From Octopus bimaculoides (lineage: Eukaryota), in NCBI RefSeq assembly GCF_001194135.2, contig NC_068982.1:32644308-32692307 (forward strand): 48,000 nucleotides of DNA, given 5' to 3'. The notes under the pieces were generated by a model. It was not told where the DNA came from, made no database searches, and saw only the letters and a list, made by a program, of their open reading frames with translations. Numbering within the stretch: position 1 is the stretch's first letter; each line of letters opens with the position of its first letter. The translations under genes and the position numbers were made by a program. Shown piece after piece: positions 36,253 to 47,725 of this stretch.

Positions 36253-36520
36253 GTGTGTGTGCAAACTTTGCATTAGCTAACATGTGTATATGTATAGATT
36301 TGTATGCATACATACATACATACATTTCCTCAGCCATACATATGCATGTGCTTTACCTGATATGCGACTGTGTGAACATGTGTATGTGTCTACAAGGATG
36401 TGCTGGAATGCATGTGTGTATTTGTGTGTATGTGTGTGCATGTGTGAATGAATATGTGTACAGGTATGTACGTGTACGTATATATAATGCATTTATGTAC
36501 CGTGTATATGCAGAACTGAA
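35860..36520. repeat. (GGTA)n/(GATA)n/(TG)n/(CATA)n compound microsatellite field
   Basis: Directly visible; includes gap 35981-36063. Confidence 0.9.
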
Positions 36521-37372
36521 TGCATAAGGAATAGTTAGAAAGGTAGAGAGATAGAAAGAGCGGCACATATCATCGTGGATGATATCACACGTTATTTACG
36601 CACCGACGGATCTGCTTAACGACCTATCGCCTATCTTTAACTGTTTTTATACATTCACCTGCATCCATCTAATGATACACTGATCCATCTATCAATCAAT
36701 CAAAGTATTCCTCCAAGGGATTCGGCGAAATCAGCGACAGTAATGTTGTTACATTATCCTCCTCCCCCTCATCTCTCTCTTCGCTCATTTATTTACTCTC
36801 AAAGATCCAATCCCAGTTTGTGCAAACAACAACAACAACGTGAACACACAACCTGTAAAACTGTCATCTCTTTGCCCCCACCAACTGCATGGAACTTTTT
36901 GCTTCCGCCCAACCTACTACATATAACTGCCTATTCTCCCTCAAATTACACAATTCCTGCCTTTTAAAACGTGAAATGACACGGACATACATACATACAA
37001 ACATACATACATACATACATACATTTCCTCAGCCAGACATATGCACACATCCACATATATAAATGAAATGCGTGAACCCACATGCATAAGAATGCCGTAC
37101 AAACACTTATCCACTGTACAAATACAAGTTATCCATGAACACAAATATGCAATCAAGTGTGTACATACACATATCAACCAGTTCAGATAACCACAAAACT
37201 CCAAAACATGTCATCAGTGAAACAAAAGAGCCTTCGTTAGTAACCCCGAAATTTAAAAAGAAAAAACATTAAATAAATTCTGAAGAACATATACATACAT
37301 GCATACATACATACATACATGCATACATACATACATGCATACATACATACATACATACACATACGTATGTGA

Positions 37373-37417
<45 letters not shown>

Positions 37418-37444
37418 TGCGCGCGCATATATATATATGTATCT

Positions 37445-37950
37445 TAATTTTTTTTATCTCCAGTTATTGGACAGCGGCCATACTGAGGTATCGCCTTGAA
37501 AGCTTTAGTCGGACAAATTGACCCAATACATACTTTTTCTTTTAAAGCTGGTACTTGTGTTATTGCCGAACTGCTAGATACGGGGACATAAACAAACCAA
37601 CACCAGTTGACAAGCAGTGGTGAGGAAGGAACACAGACACAAAGACAGAGAAACATACACACATATATCTTTTATCTTTTACTTGTTTCAGTCATGGGAC
37701 TACGGCCATGTTAGTGCACCGCCTTGAAGAATTTTGGTCGAATGAATTGACCCCCTGTACATTTTTTAAAACCTGCTACTTATTCTATCGATCTCTTTTG
37801 TCGATGCTAATAACAGGGAGGTAAACACACCAACACTTGTTGTCAAGCGGTGGGGAGGGGACAAACACAAACACACACACATGTACGACGGGCTTCTTTC
37901 AGTTTCCGTCTACCAAATCCCCCGAAAAGCTTTAGTCGGCCCGCGGTTAT
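37445..37950 (-). mobile_element. Two SINE-B copies in tandem (3' half plus 5'-truncated copy)
   Basis: gcggccatactgaggtatcgcc...gccgaactgctagatacgggg, then cttttacttgtttcagtcat...acgacgggcttctttcagtttccgtctaccaaatc. Confidence 0.8.
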
Positions 37951-37954
37951 ATCG

Positions 37955-38375
37955 ATTTCAAATTTTGGCAAAAGGCTAGCAATCTCAGAAGAGGAGACAA
38001 AACGATTGCAGCAACTCCAGTACGCAACTGGTACTTAATTTATCGAACCCGAAAAGATGAAAGGCAAAGTCGATCTCGGCGGTATTTGAACTCAGAACGT
38101 AAAGACGGACAAAATGCCGCTAGTCATTTTACCCGGCATGCTAACGTTTCTTATTTCTTTATTACCCACAAGGGGCTAAACATAGAGGGGACAGACAAAG
38201 GGATTAAGTCGATTACATCGACCCCAGTGCGTAACTGGTACTTAATTTATCGACCCCGAAAGGATGAAATGCAAAGTCGACCTCGACGGAATTTGAACTC
38301 AGAACGTAACAGTAGACGAAATACCGCTAAGCATTGCGCCCGGCGTGCTAACGATTCTGCCAGCTCGCCGCCTTA
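37955..38375 (-). mobile_element. Two tandem SINE-A copies: older A1-type (about 37955-38150) and young A2-tail copy (38151-38375)
   Basis: The second copy is near-consensus; its tail (reverse complement) is tgtcccctctatgtttagccccttgtgggtaataaagaaataa. Confidence 0.9.
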
Positions 38376-38509
38376 CACATATGCTATCTTCATAACTTTC
38401 ATACATATGGATACCGCTAATTAACTTCATCATCCAACTGAATTTTGGATTTTGGCAACAGTGGTTTGTAGTTTACTTTTTATATAGCGAGTACCGTCTC
38501 GAGTCCTAG

Positions 38510-38761
38510 TGAAGGCTCGTGGCCTTGTAGTTAGACTGTTGCACTCACGATCGCTAGATCGTGTGTTCGATTCCCTGACTGGGCGGTACGTTGTGTTCTT
38601 GAGCAAAACACTTCATTTCACGCTGTTCCAGTCCTCCTTTCGGTCAGAGTGGGGGATGTTAGCCTGCTCGCCTAGCCAGCAGGTGGCGTCATTCAAAGGC
38701 TAAAACAATACAAAGCACACTGTGACCAGCTATCTGAAAACCTGGTCAGTCACGTGATCAT
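38510..38761 (+). mobile_element. SINE with C-like tRNA head and a different tail (family E), 9-bp TSD
   Basis: Head tgaaggctcgtggccttgtagttag...gttcgattccc...ttcttgagcaaaacacttcatttcac; gagtcctag at 38501-38509 and 38762-38770. Confidence 0.75.
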
Positions 38762-38889
38762 GAGTCCTAGGACTCATACACCTGGTTGCCTGGTTCCCGT
38801 GGTGTATTAGTGACCGAGATCAATATTGCCACTGAACCGAGATGTTGCAAATCTGTGGCAAGGTTATTCAATTACTGCAGAGAGGCTTG

Positions 38890-39011
38890 GAATGATGTGA
38901 AATGAAGTGTTTTGCTCAAGAATACAAAACAGAATACATCGCATTGCGAATCGAAACCCCGATGTTGTGAACGTGAGAACAACACCCTAACCACTAAGCA
39001 AGACGCCTTCA
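38890..39011 (-). mobile_element. SINE C/E-type head fragment, inverted relative to the 38510 copy
   Basis: gtgaaatgaagtgttttgctcaagaatacaa...ccctaaccactaagcaagacgccttcac. Confidence 0.75.
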
Positions 39012-39298
39012 CTTTCGTATGTGTGTGTCCGTGTGTGTGTGTGTGTGTGTGTGGTGTATATGTGGGTGTGTTTGTGTAAGATGTCAACATTTTCGTTGTG
39101 TTACTTTATCGTTATGTAAATAATCGAGACAGCAAAGTAAAACACAGAAGTCTCCAGAGTGTGTGTGCGCGCGCGTGCGTGTGTGCGTGTGTGCATGCGT
39201 GCGTGCGCGCGCATGCATGTGTGTGTGCGCGCGCGCGCGCGTGCATTTGTGTGTGTGCACGCGTGTGTCTGCGCGCGCGCATATGTGTGTGTGTGTGG

Positions 39299-40828
39299 TG
39301 TATGTGTGTAACTGTATTCATACATTAGTATTTGTATGCTTGATGAGGTACCTGTAAATGCAGGTCCGAGTGTGGAAGCATGCATTCATGTATGTGTGTG
39401 CATACCTTCATAGGTATATCTACATGCGTGTTTAGTGTCTATATATATGCACGTATGTGCTTGTGTGTTTATGTATGTGCGTATATATATATATGCACAT
39501 TAATACGTGTGTGTGTCTCTCTCTGTGTGTATATGTGTATGTGTATGCATTTGTGCTTACGTATGGAGAGTGGTGCACTTGGCTGCTGCGGAACTTTGCG
39601 TAAAACAAAATAAAAGAACTAAAGAGTATGTCCTTCGTGATGTTGTTGTTATTGTTGCCGTCGTTTAGTATCCAAGAAACAGAAGACACTGTTATAGAGG
39701 AGCTTGGAACTAGCGAGATCCAAAGGGCAGTGACTATTGATATTGGGAAGCACGGGTGGAACAAGATCAGAATACTAAATGTCACCGTTTAGTGGGACAT
39801 GGGGGTAGCGAGACCCGAAGGACAGTGTTCCCTGATCCGATCACCAGCGAGATCCGAAGGACAATGTTCCCTGATCCGATCACCAGCGAGATCCGAAGGA
39901 CAGTGTTCCCTGATCCGATCAGCAGCGAGATCCGAAGGACAGTGTTCACTGATCCGATCACCAGCGAGATCCGAAGAACAGTGTCCACTGATCCGATCAC
40001 CAGCGAGATCCGAAGGACAGTGTTCACTGAACCGATCACCAGCGAGATCCGAAGGACAGTGTCCACTGATCCTATCACCAGCGAGATCCGAAGGACAGTG
40101 TCCACTGATCCGATCACCAGCGAGATCCGAACAGCAGAAGCCACTGCTGCTGTAGAAGCAAGAAATCAGTGAACCCGAACGCAGAGGTCATTCTACCCGA
40201 GGTAAGAAAAGCAGAGAAAGAAGGCAGCATGTCTATGGTACAGAAGTTGTATTGGTTTCTATCGGTAAACAACTTCATCCCAATCAGTCGAATGAGTGGA
40301 CATTTTCGAGAAAGGTATAAATGTCACAGCGCCCTCGCTCAAAATCTCACACTTCATACTCCAACTTGTTTTCCAAAAAAAAAATCCTGTATTTTTAAGG
40401 GCGTAGGTTTATAAGCACAATATTGAATATAAGTGTGGTAAGTGTGAAAAAAACTGAAAAGGTAAAAGAAAGGCTGAGGGACGGAAAGCGTGGGGAAAGG
40501 ATAGAAACAATCATATACAGTTGGAGAAATAATTCAGCAAACATACACATAAATATCTGCACAGAGAAATAAAAGGAAAGAGAGAGAAAGCGCGAGTGAA
40601 TGTCATGAGTATATGTACACGCGCGCGCGCATGCACACGCACACGCCACATCTAGACTTGGCGACAAAGGAAATTACTCAATGCATGTAGTAGAGTTTGT
40701 TTGTATGTATGTATGTATGTATGTATCGCACACATACATGAATGCATGCCTGCACACTCGGACCTGCATTTACAGGTGCCTCATCAAGCATACAAATACA
40801 AATGTATGAACACAGTTACACACATACA
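39299..40828. mobile_element. Cassette bounded by 100-bp inverted repeats (putative TIR/fold-back element)
   Basis: 39299-39398 versus the reverse complement of 40729-40828: 5 mismatches in 100 by hand count. The interior is 1330 bp and includes the 39-bp array. Confidence 0.6.
39807..40131 (+). repeat. 39-bp tandem array, 8 full units plus a 13-bp partial
   Basis: Unit agcgagatccgaaggacagtgttccctgatccgatcacc with few substitutions, reading (SEIRRTVFPDPIT)n. A degenerate extra unit starts at 39712. Confidence 0.95.
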
Positions 40829-41559
40829 TACACACATATGTATGTATGTATGTATATATTTGTGTGTGTGTCAATGTATGCGTATGTGCCTGGGTGTCCA
40901 TGGGGTGTACATGTCACACACACATACACCTATGCACACACATATATAAGAGAGAAAGAGAAAATGAAGGAGGCAAGGAAAATGCAGAAATAAAATAGAT
41001 AAGAGACGAAACATAAAAGAAAACAAGATCGAATGAATGAATGTCAAAACGTCTGAGATGATATTTTCGTTAATATGCTATAGTCAGAAGAAGAAGTTAG
41101 TGCCCATTACCTATCATAGGACCCCGATAGTTGGTGAGAAAAGAGAGGTGGGAAGCAGAAAAGTATCATCAAATCCCCCCAAAACTGGCCTCGATATTCT
41201 GCTAGAGTCCTAAAGTACCAAGAGATGGTGTTAAATCAGATGTCCGATTGAGTACCGTATTTCCTGGCATACACGTCGAATGTTTCAGATCAAAATTTAC
41301 AGGTAAAAAATAAAGGTAGGTTGACTTATACACCAAGACGAGTTTGGAAGAGCAAACATTCCTTGAGAAATGCAGGAGAATTTGAAAAAATAATGACAAT
41401 GTCTGAATGTTTATACTACATGTTTGCAGTATATACTACGTAAGATACGGTATACCATCCATGTAAGCCATAGCGTGATTTGAACTCAAGCGTCGGAATC
41501 AATATAGCAAAGCACCTGGTCCAATGTTCTTACAGCCCTGCCTATCTATCACCCTAGTT

Positions 41560-41700
41560 TGTAACTACTCTATCGACCTCGAAAGGATGAAAGGCAAAGT
41601 TGACCTTGGTACGATTTGAGCTCAGAGCGCAGAGAATCAGAACAAATATCGTGAGGCATTTTATTTGACGTGATAACGACTTTGCTAATGTCAGAATTTA
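41560..41700 (-). mobile_element. Degraded SINE-A
   Basis: tatcgacctcgaaaggatgaaaggcaaagttgaccttggtacgatttgagctcagagcg. Confidence 0.7.
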
Positions 41701-43109
41701 TTTTAATAGAGGTTATGAGCAATGTTTTGGTCCATCAACATCATCTTTACAGATTAGACTGCTTTTGCTTCATATTTACATATTTGAAATAAGCGCGGCC
41801 CGTTGATTGGCAGAATCGTTAAAATGACGAATAGAAAGCCGTATTTGTATTTAGTGATAGTCCTCTTTACGTTCAGAGTTCATATCCTGCAGTTAAACTT
41901 TGCCTTTTAGGATCGACAAAATAAAAATTGCCAGTGAATTACTGGAAACGATATAATCGATTATTCCATAAACACACACACACACACACACATATACACA
42001 AATTATGCCAATGTTTGCCAACAAAATTTATAGCTGCAATTAGGTTTCGATCGTCATTAACTGTCTTGTTTCTGGATGTGTATTTAGTAAATTTCTACAT
42101 AGACTGAATTAAGAAAAAGAAAAAAAAAAAAAACAGAAGAAAAAGAAGAAAAAAATTTATTTTACGTAAGTAGAACCCTTACCCACTCAACCGCCTAAAA
42201 AAAAAAAGTTTCAGTACTAAAAAAAGTAGAATTTAATAGATGAACAATGTTCCGACATGCATTTCATTCGGTACTTTAAACTTCATCACTGCATGTCGGT
42301 GTGTATGGGACTTCAACTATCAGTGTGTATGGGGCTTTAACTGTCGGTGTAAATGGGACCTGAGGATCAATGGATGTGTAGATCGAACCTACGTGTCATA
42401 CATAGATCTGCCAACTCGATCAAAGTAGACCAATAGTTATACCAGAACAATAAAAGCAGCAATAAGGATTAATAAGGACTTTACTTAGGTATAAATGATA
42501 GAAACATCTTCGTGATCACCCGATCTGCTAGAAACAGAAGTTAAGTGCATTTGAAAATCTCAACCCTAGTGTCATACTAAGTGAACAACAGATTCAGTAA
42601 TGTGGTTGTATATAAACAACAACTATTAGAGACCAAAGTTGTAAGGAAAGGGTGGTAGGTAAAGTACATAACGAAGATTTACCCATCACCGGTTCTGTGA
42701 GTACCTTTACATGGTTGTTACTGAGGATGCTTTTATGTGGTTGCTCAGCCTGCTAGAAATAACAACCATTTTTTTATACCCCTGCTCGCCAACCCCTGCT
42801 CCAGAAAATCAAATTATTGATGTTTCACCTAAGCGTGGATCCACGAATTTATAAAAAAAGTTGTAATCATTTTCAAGGTATGACTCGTATCATCTATCAG
42901 TCCCAAAAGTATGAAATCCAAATTCTTTATAGGCAGAACTTCAACTTAGGGCGTTAAGAATTGAAACAAGTCTTTTTGTTGTTTTTTTTTTAACATCTAC
43001 CTTCATATGCTGTTCTCGGTTAGCGTCAGGAACGATGAAAGACATACATTTTCCGATAATTGCAAAACTTTTGAGTGACATTGTCCTATCGTCATATCTT
43101 TGAAAGCAA

Positions 43110-43314
43110 AACGGCGAGCTGGCAGAATCGTTAGCACGCCGGGCGAAACGCTTAGTGGTATTTCGTCTGTCTTTACGTTCTGAATCCAAATTCCGCCGAG
43201 GTCGACTTTGCCTTTCATCTTTTCTGGGTCGATAAATTAAGTACCAGTTAAATACTGGGGTCGATGTAATCGACTGGTCCCCTCCCACCAAATTTCAGGC
43301 CTTGTGAAAGGATT
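43110..43314 (+). mobile_element. Young SINE-A (A1 tail), 12-bp TSD
   Basis: ggcgagctggcagaatcgttagcacgccgggcg...; atatctttgaaa at 43094-43105 and 43315-43326. Confidence 0.9.
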
Positions 43315-43429
43315 ATATCTTTGAAACACATGGAGGTCACAACGCCTCACAGTCATACTGTCACTGTTGTGGCATATACCCTCCTCTGCCCTTAAAGTGC
43401 AAACAGCACTAAGAATTCGGATATGAGAT

Positions 43430-46320
43430 TCTAGGCCATAATCTCTTGCTCGAAGAAACCGACCCCGGAAGGATGAAAGGTAACCTTAACCACGCAAAGA
43501 ACCGTAACTAAATATAGGCAGGTATTCATATTAATAATAATAATAATGCTTTCTATTACAGGCATAAGGCCTGGAATTTTGGGGAAGAGTGTCAGTCGAT
43601 TACATCGACCCCTGGTCAACTGGTACTTATTTCATCGATTCTCGAAAGGATAAAAGTCAAGTCGACCTCGGCGGGGTTTGAACCCAGAGCGTAAAGAACC
43701 GGGTGAAGAGATGCTTAGCATTTTGTCTGACGTGCTAACGATTGTGCCAACCCACTGCTTTAATGGTAGTAATAATAATGAATATTTCAAGGCCAGCAAT
43801 TTTAGGAGAAGCGAGAAGTCGATTCTATCGCCCCAGTATTTGACTGAGTCTTTGTCTTATCGGCCCTTGAAAGGATAAAAGGCAAAGTTGACATTCGGAT
43901 GAAAAAGCCATAAGTACCAGTTTTTAAAAACAGTGTTTCTAACAGAAGCGCATGGCTAAAAATAAAGGGAAGGGACAGTTAGGCGATTAAATCGTTCTCT
44001 GTTTTTGATTAGATGAAGAAAGAAGTTGACCTTAGAACGTAAAGGACCGAAATTTCCAATCCGCTGCATTTACAGGTGTTTTACAGGTTTCTATCACTAC
44101 ATTGCCGTGATGAAGATGATGATTATGATGAGGACGACGACAATAACGACGATGACAACGATGATGATGACAACAACGACGATGATGATTGCAATCATCA
44201 TCGATTGATTGATTGATTGATTGGTTGGTTGATTTCCAACAGTTGTGCACGTCCACAAATTACGTAAATGAAATCCAGTACTAGAATGCTGCTAATTTCA
44301 TTTAGTCTGAAGCTAAGTCGAAAAGTAAAGTCGATGCCGGTGGTTTCTGAACTCAGAACATGAAGTGCAGCAACTAAATTCGGCAAAACATTATGTTCGT
44401 CGCTCTAAAATTTTTGCATTATATTACTCCGACAAAGTCCCAAGGCATCGCAATTTGTGGAAGGAGTAAAGTTGATTATATTAACCTCAATATTTCACAG
44501 ATCATTTATTTTATCGACGTTTGAAGGCTAAAAGTTGATCCAGGCCGAATTCGAACTCAGAATGTGAAGAGCTGTAACTAACTACCGCAAAATACTCTGT
44601 CAGTCGACCAAACAATCCTTGTATCAAGTTTAATAATTGCTTTTTACCAAGATACAAGGCCAACAGTTTCGAAGAATGGAGGAGTTAGCTGATAATATCG
44701 AATCCAGTGCTTGACTGATATTTTATTTTATCGGCCCTGAAAAGTTGAAAGGCAAAGAAACCCTGGCGGCATTTCAACTCAGAAAGTAAACGGCTGTCAC
44801 TAAATACTGCAAGGCAGTTTTCGGCGCTCAACCGATTCTATGAGTAGATAAGACTAATGATAATGATATTGTTTCTAATTTAGGCACAAGGCCAGAAATT
44901 TTAATCGATTAATCGATACTATCGACTTTAGTATTTCACTGGTACTGTATTTTATCTGCTCCAAAAGAATGAAAGGAAAATTTGACATCAGTGGGGTTAA
45001 CTTAACCTTTCATTCCTCTGGGAGCAATTAATGATAATAATATTGATTTCAAATTTTTGCGCAAGACCAGCAATTTCGGGAGGGGATATAAGTCGATCAC
45101 ATCGACCCCAGTGCTCAAATAGCACTTATTTTATGACCCCGAAAGGATGAAAGGCAAAGTCGACCTCGACGGAATTTGAACTCAGACCATTAAGACTCGG
45201 AATAAACAAATATCACGTTCTAACGATTCTGCCAATACGTTTAATAATCCTTTCTACAATAGGTACAAGGCCTGAAATTTGGGGGGGGGGGGTAGGAACA
45301 AGTCGATTGCATCGACCCCATTGCTCGCCTGCTATTTATTTGAACTCAGAACGTAAAGACTGCCCGGCATGCAAACGATTCTGCTAGCTCGCCGCCTTAA
45401 CCCAATAAGTTTAATAATAACTGTTCTAATTTAGGTTCAAGTTTTGAGAGGAGATACTTAACAGATACTATCCACCCTAAAACTTGACGGGTATCTGTTA
45501 TCGACTCCGGAAGGATGAAAGGCAAAGTTGGTCACTGTGGTATATAAACAGAACGTAAAGAGCAGGAAGAAATAACCCTAAACGTTTTATCTGACATTAA
45601 TGATTCTCCTAACCCACCACCCTAAAAGGATTCTAACATAGGCACAAAGTCAGAAGTTTGGGAAAGGAGGGGAACAATCGATTGTATCGACCTCAGTTGT
45701 TGATAGGTACTTTATTTTATCGACCCCGAAAGGACTGAAAAAGGCAAAGTTAACATTGTCAGGATTTGAATTCCTCAGAATTGAAAGAACGGGTACCAAA
45801 ACTGCAAGGCCGAACGCTAATGATTCCGCCAATAAGATTAATATTAGAAGCAGAAGTTCGATTAATAACATAATCAATATATAAAAAAATAAATTCTAAT
45901 TTAAGCACAAAGCCAGCAGTTTTGAGGGGAGAAGAATAGAAGATTAAAACGACTCCTGATTGGTTCTTTAATTTATTGACCTCGAAAGAACAACGAAAGG
46001 CAAGGTTGACCTCGGTAGTATTGGAACCCAGAACGTAAAGAGCCGAAACAAATACCACAAATTAATTTTCTCAGCGCTCTAACGGTTCTACTTAAATGCT
46101 TCTGATTAAGGCAAAAAGCCAGAAATTTTAAGGGGCGAAGTAAGTGGTGGTTAATCGATACCCTCAACCGCACTTCTTGACCGGCACTTTATTTTATCGA
46201 CCCCGGCGGAATGAAAGGCAAAGTAGTCCTAGGTAGGATTTGAACACACAACAAACATAAAGCGCCGGAACAAATGCAAAATGACATTTTATCGGAGATG
46301 CTAACGATTCTACCAAAAAT
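43430..46320 (-). mobile_element. Array of about 12-14 co-oriented, head-to-tail degraded SINE-A copies
   Basis: Successive modules (aat)n-ggcacaaggcc-gtcgatta/tcgac-gaaaggatgaaaggcaaag-gaactcagaac-ctaacgattct at roughly 200-bp spacing. One (GAT/GAC)n tract at about 44110-44200. Confidence 0.85.
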
Positions 46321-46731
46321 ATTTATAATCGTATCACATGCTAAATAAATAAATAAAGCAACTGATAAATAATGCAAAGAAACGTGGGACATACCTTGTC
46401 GTGTATCCGGCAAATTGTAATCACGTAAAACAGCTGAGTGTACCGTAGTTATTACAAAAAGAATATGTAGAAGCCGTTGCCGCAAAGTTAGCGACATGTC
46501 GTTTGTTTGTTTGTTTATAATAATAACAAGAGATAGAGAGAAAGAGAGAAGGAAACAGGCAAGTTTACAGTTAGTTTTAGCTATGTTTGGAAGAGTTGGA
46601 ATGCTTACATGTAATAATAAAGTAGTTATAACATAACGAAGATGATAATGATACAACATTCATTGGGAGATATTTAAACTGTAAAGACAAACATGGACAT
46701 GCTGATACAAAAAAAAATTAAATATATAAAG

Positions 46732-46763
<32 letters not shown>

Positions 46764-46979
46764 CACATCGTTGATTTTTTTTTTTTTTTTAGGGTTTTTT
46801 AACAAAAAGAAAAAACATCAGAATGATAACGACGGGACGAATGATAACAGTAACAGCATCTATAGATGTTGTGAAGAGAATATATATATGTATATACTAT
46901 ATATATATATATATATATAATATATATATATGTGTGTGCACACGAATATATATATATATAAATAAATAACAGCGTCTTC

Positions 46980-47130
46980 GTCGTGGAAGTGATGGTGGTA
47001 GTAGTAGCCCGTCGTCTAACAACTAACTTACCACTAACTACCACTACTACTACTGGAACAACAACAGCAACAACAATCACATGAATAACATCAGTAGTAG
47101 CAATAACAATAGTGGAACTTGGTGGCGGTT

Positions 47131-47175
<45 letters not shown>

Positions 47176-47271
47176 AAAACAACAACAAATATAAAAAAAA
47201 ACTTATAAATTGAAGGGGACGGCGGGTGATGATTACGATGACGAGGTTGATGCTGCTGTTGCTGCTGCTGC

Positions 47272-47303
<32 letters not shown>

Positions 47304-47443
47304 TTGATAATGGTGATGATAATGTGTTTTGTAATGTAATAATAGTGAGAATGGTATCGGTGACGGCGATGATGATGATAATGATGATGACGACGACGAC
47401 GACGACGATGACTATGGTGTTGATGATGATGTTGATGATGATA

Positions 47444-47487
<44 letters not shown>

Positions 47488-47665
47488 AACAATGCTAGTG
47501 ACATTAGTGAAGCTGACAAAGCCGGTTACGTGTGACGCTTGATGAAGTTTATACCAGTAGTGGAAAGTGTATTGGTGTGAGAAGATAAGTGATCATGATG
47601 ATGACGATGGCGGCGGCGGCGGAGGCCGTGGTGGTGGAGGTGGTGGCGTTGATATGATAGTTATG
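46980..47665. repeat. Trinucleotide low-complexity field (TAG, AAC, GCT, GAT, GAC, GGC runs)
   Basis: Directly visible; overlaps the candidate exon. Confidence 0.9.
47032..47494 (-). CDS. Candidate upstream (signal-peptide) exon of the ADAMTS gene
   Basis: The minus-strand frame is open from 47494 to a perfect donor G|GTAAGT (intron starts at 47031) in phase 1, matching the phase-1 acceptor at 21645 (G+GA = Gly). Encodes ...TRRPLQFISFFLYLLLFLPL13QPPPSSTIVIATTDVIHVIVVAVVVPVVVVVVS. No in-frame ATG; the 5' boundary is unknown. Confidence 0.45.
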
Positions 47666-47690
47666 ACAATGGCGATAAAGCAACGTGGAT

Positions 47691-47725
<35 letters not shown>

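Noticed and set aside
3171-36527. Long ORFs containing X runs or YIYI/HTHT/CVCV/LSLS tracts
   Set aside because: They arise from N gaps and dinucleotide microsatellites that lack stop codons.
38760-38777. 18-bp perfect palindrome atgagtcctaggactcat
   Set aside because: Short, and half of it is the SINE TSD (gagtcctag). No further evidence of function.
39807-40131. 39-bp array as a CRISPR array or as proof of a repeat protein
   Set aside because: The units are contiguous with no unique spacers, there are no cas genes, and the context is eukaryotic. The unit has no stop in several frames, so open ORFs on both strands are automatic. Most unit differences in the SEIRR frame are non-synonymous.
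43110-43200. tRNA genes suggested by A/B boxes in SINE heads (also 10584, 26667, 38510)
   Set aside because: The boxes continue into SINE body and tail sequence with TSDs, and I could not fold a complete cloverleaf.
34820-47255. Shared 14-mer catcaacctcgtca (DEVD-reading) between the 34.8-kb and 47.2-kb islands in inverted orientation
   Set aside because: Several 14-mer matches are expected by chance in a 48-kb self-comparison, and more so in low-complexity sequence.
47210-47542. Plus-strand 110-aa poly-Ala/poly-Met ORF
   Set aside because: It has a TTG start, is pure trinucleotide repeat, and is the exact antisense frame of the better-supported minus-strand candidate exon.
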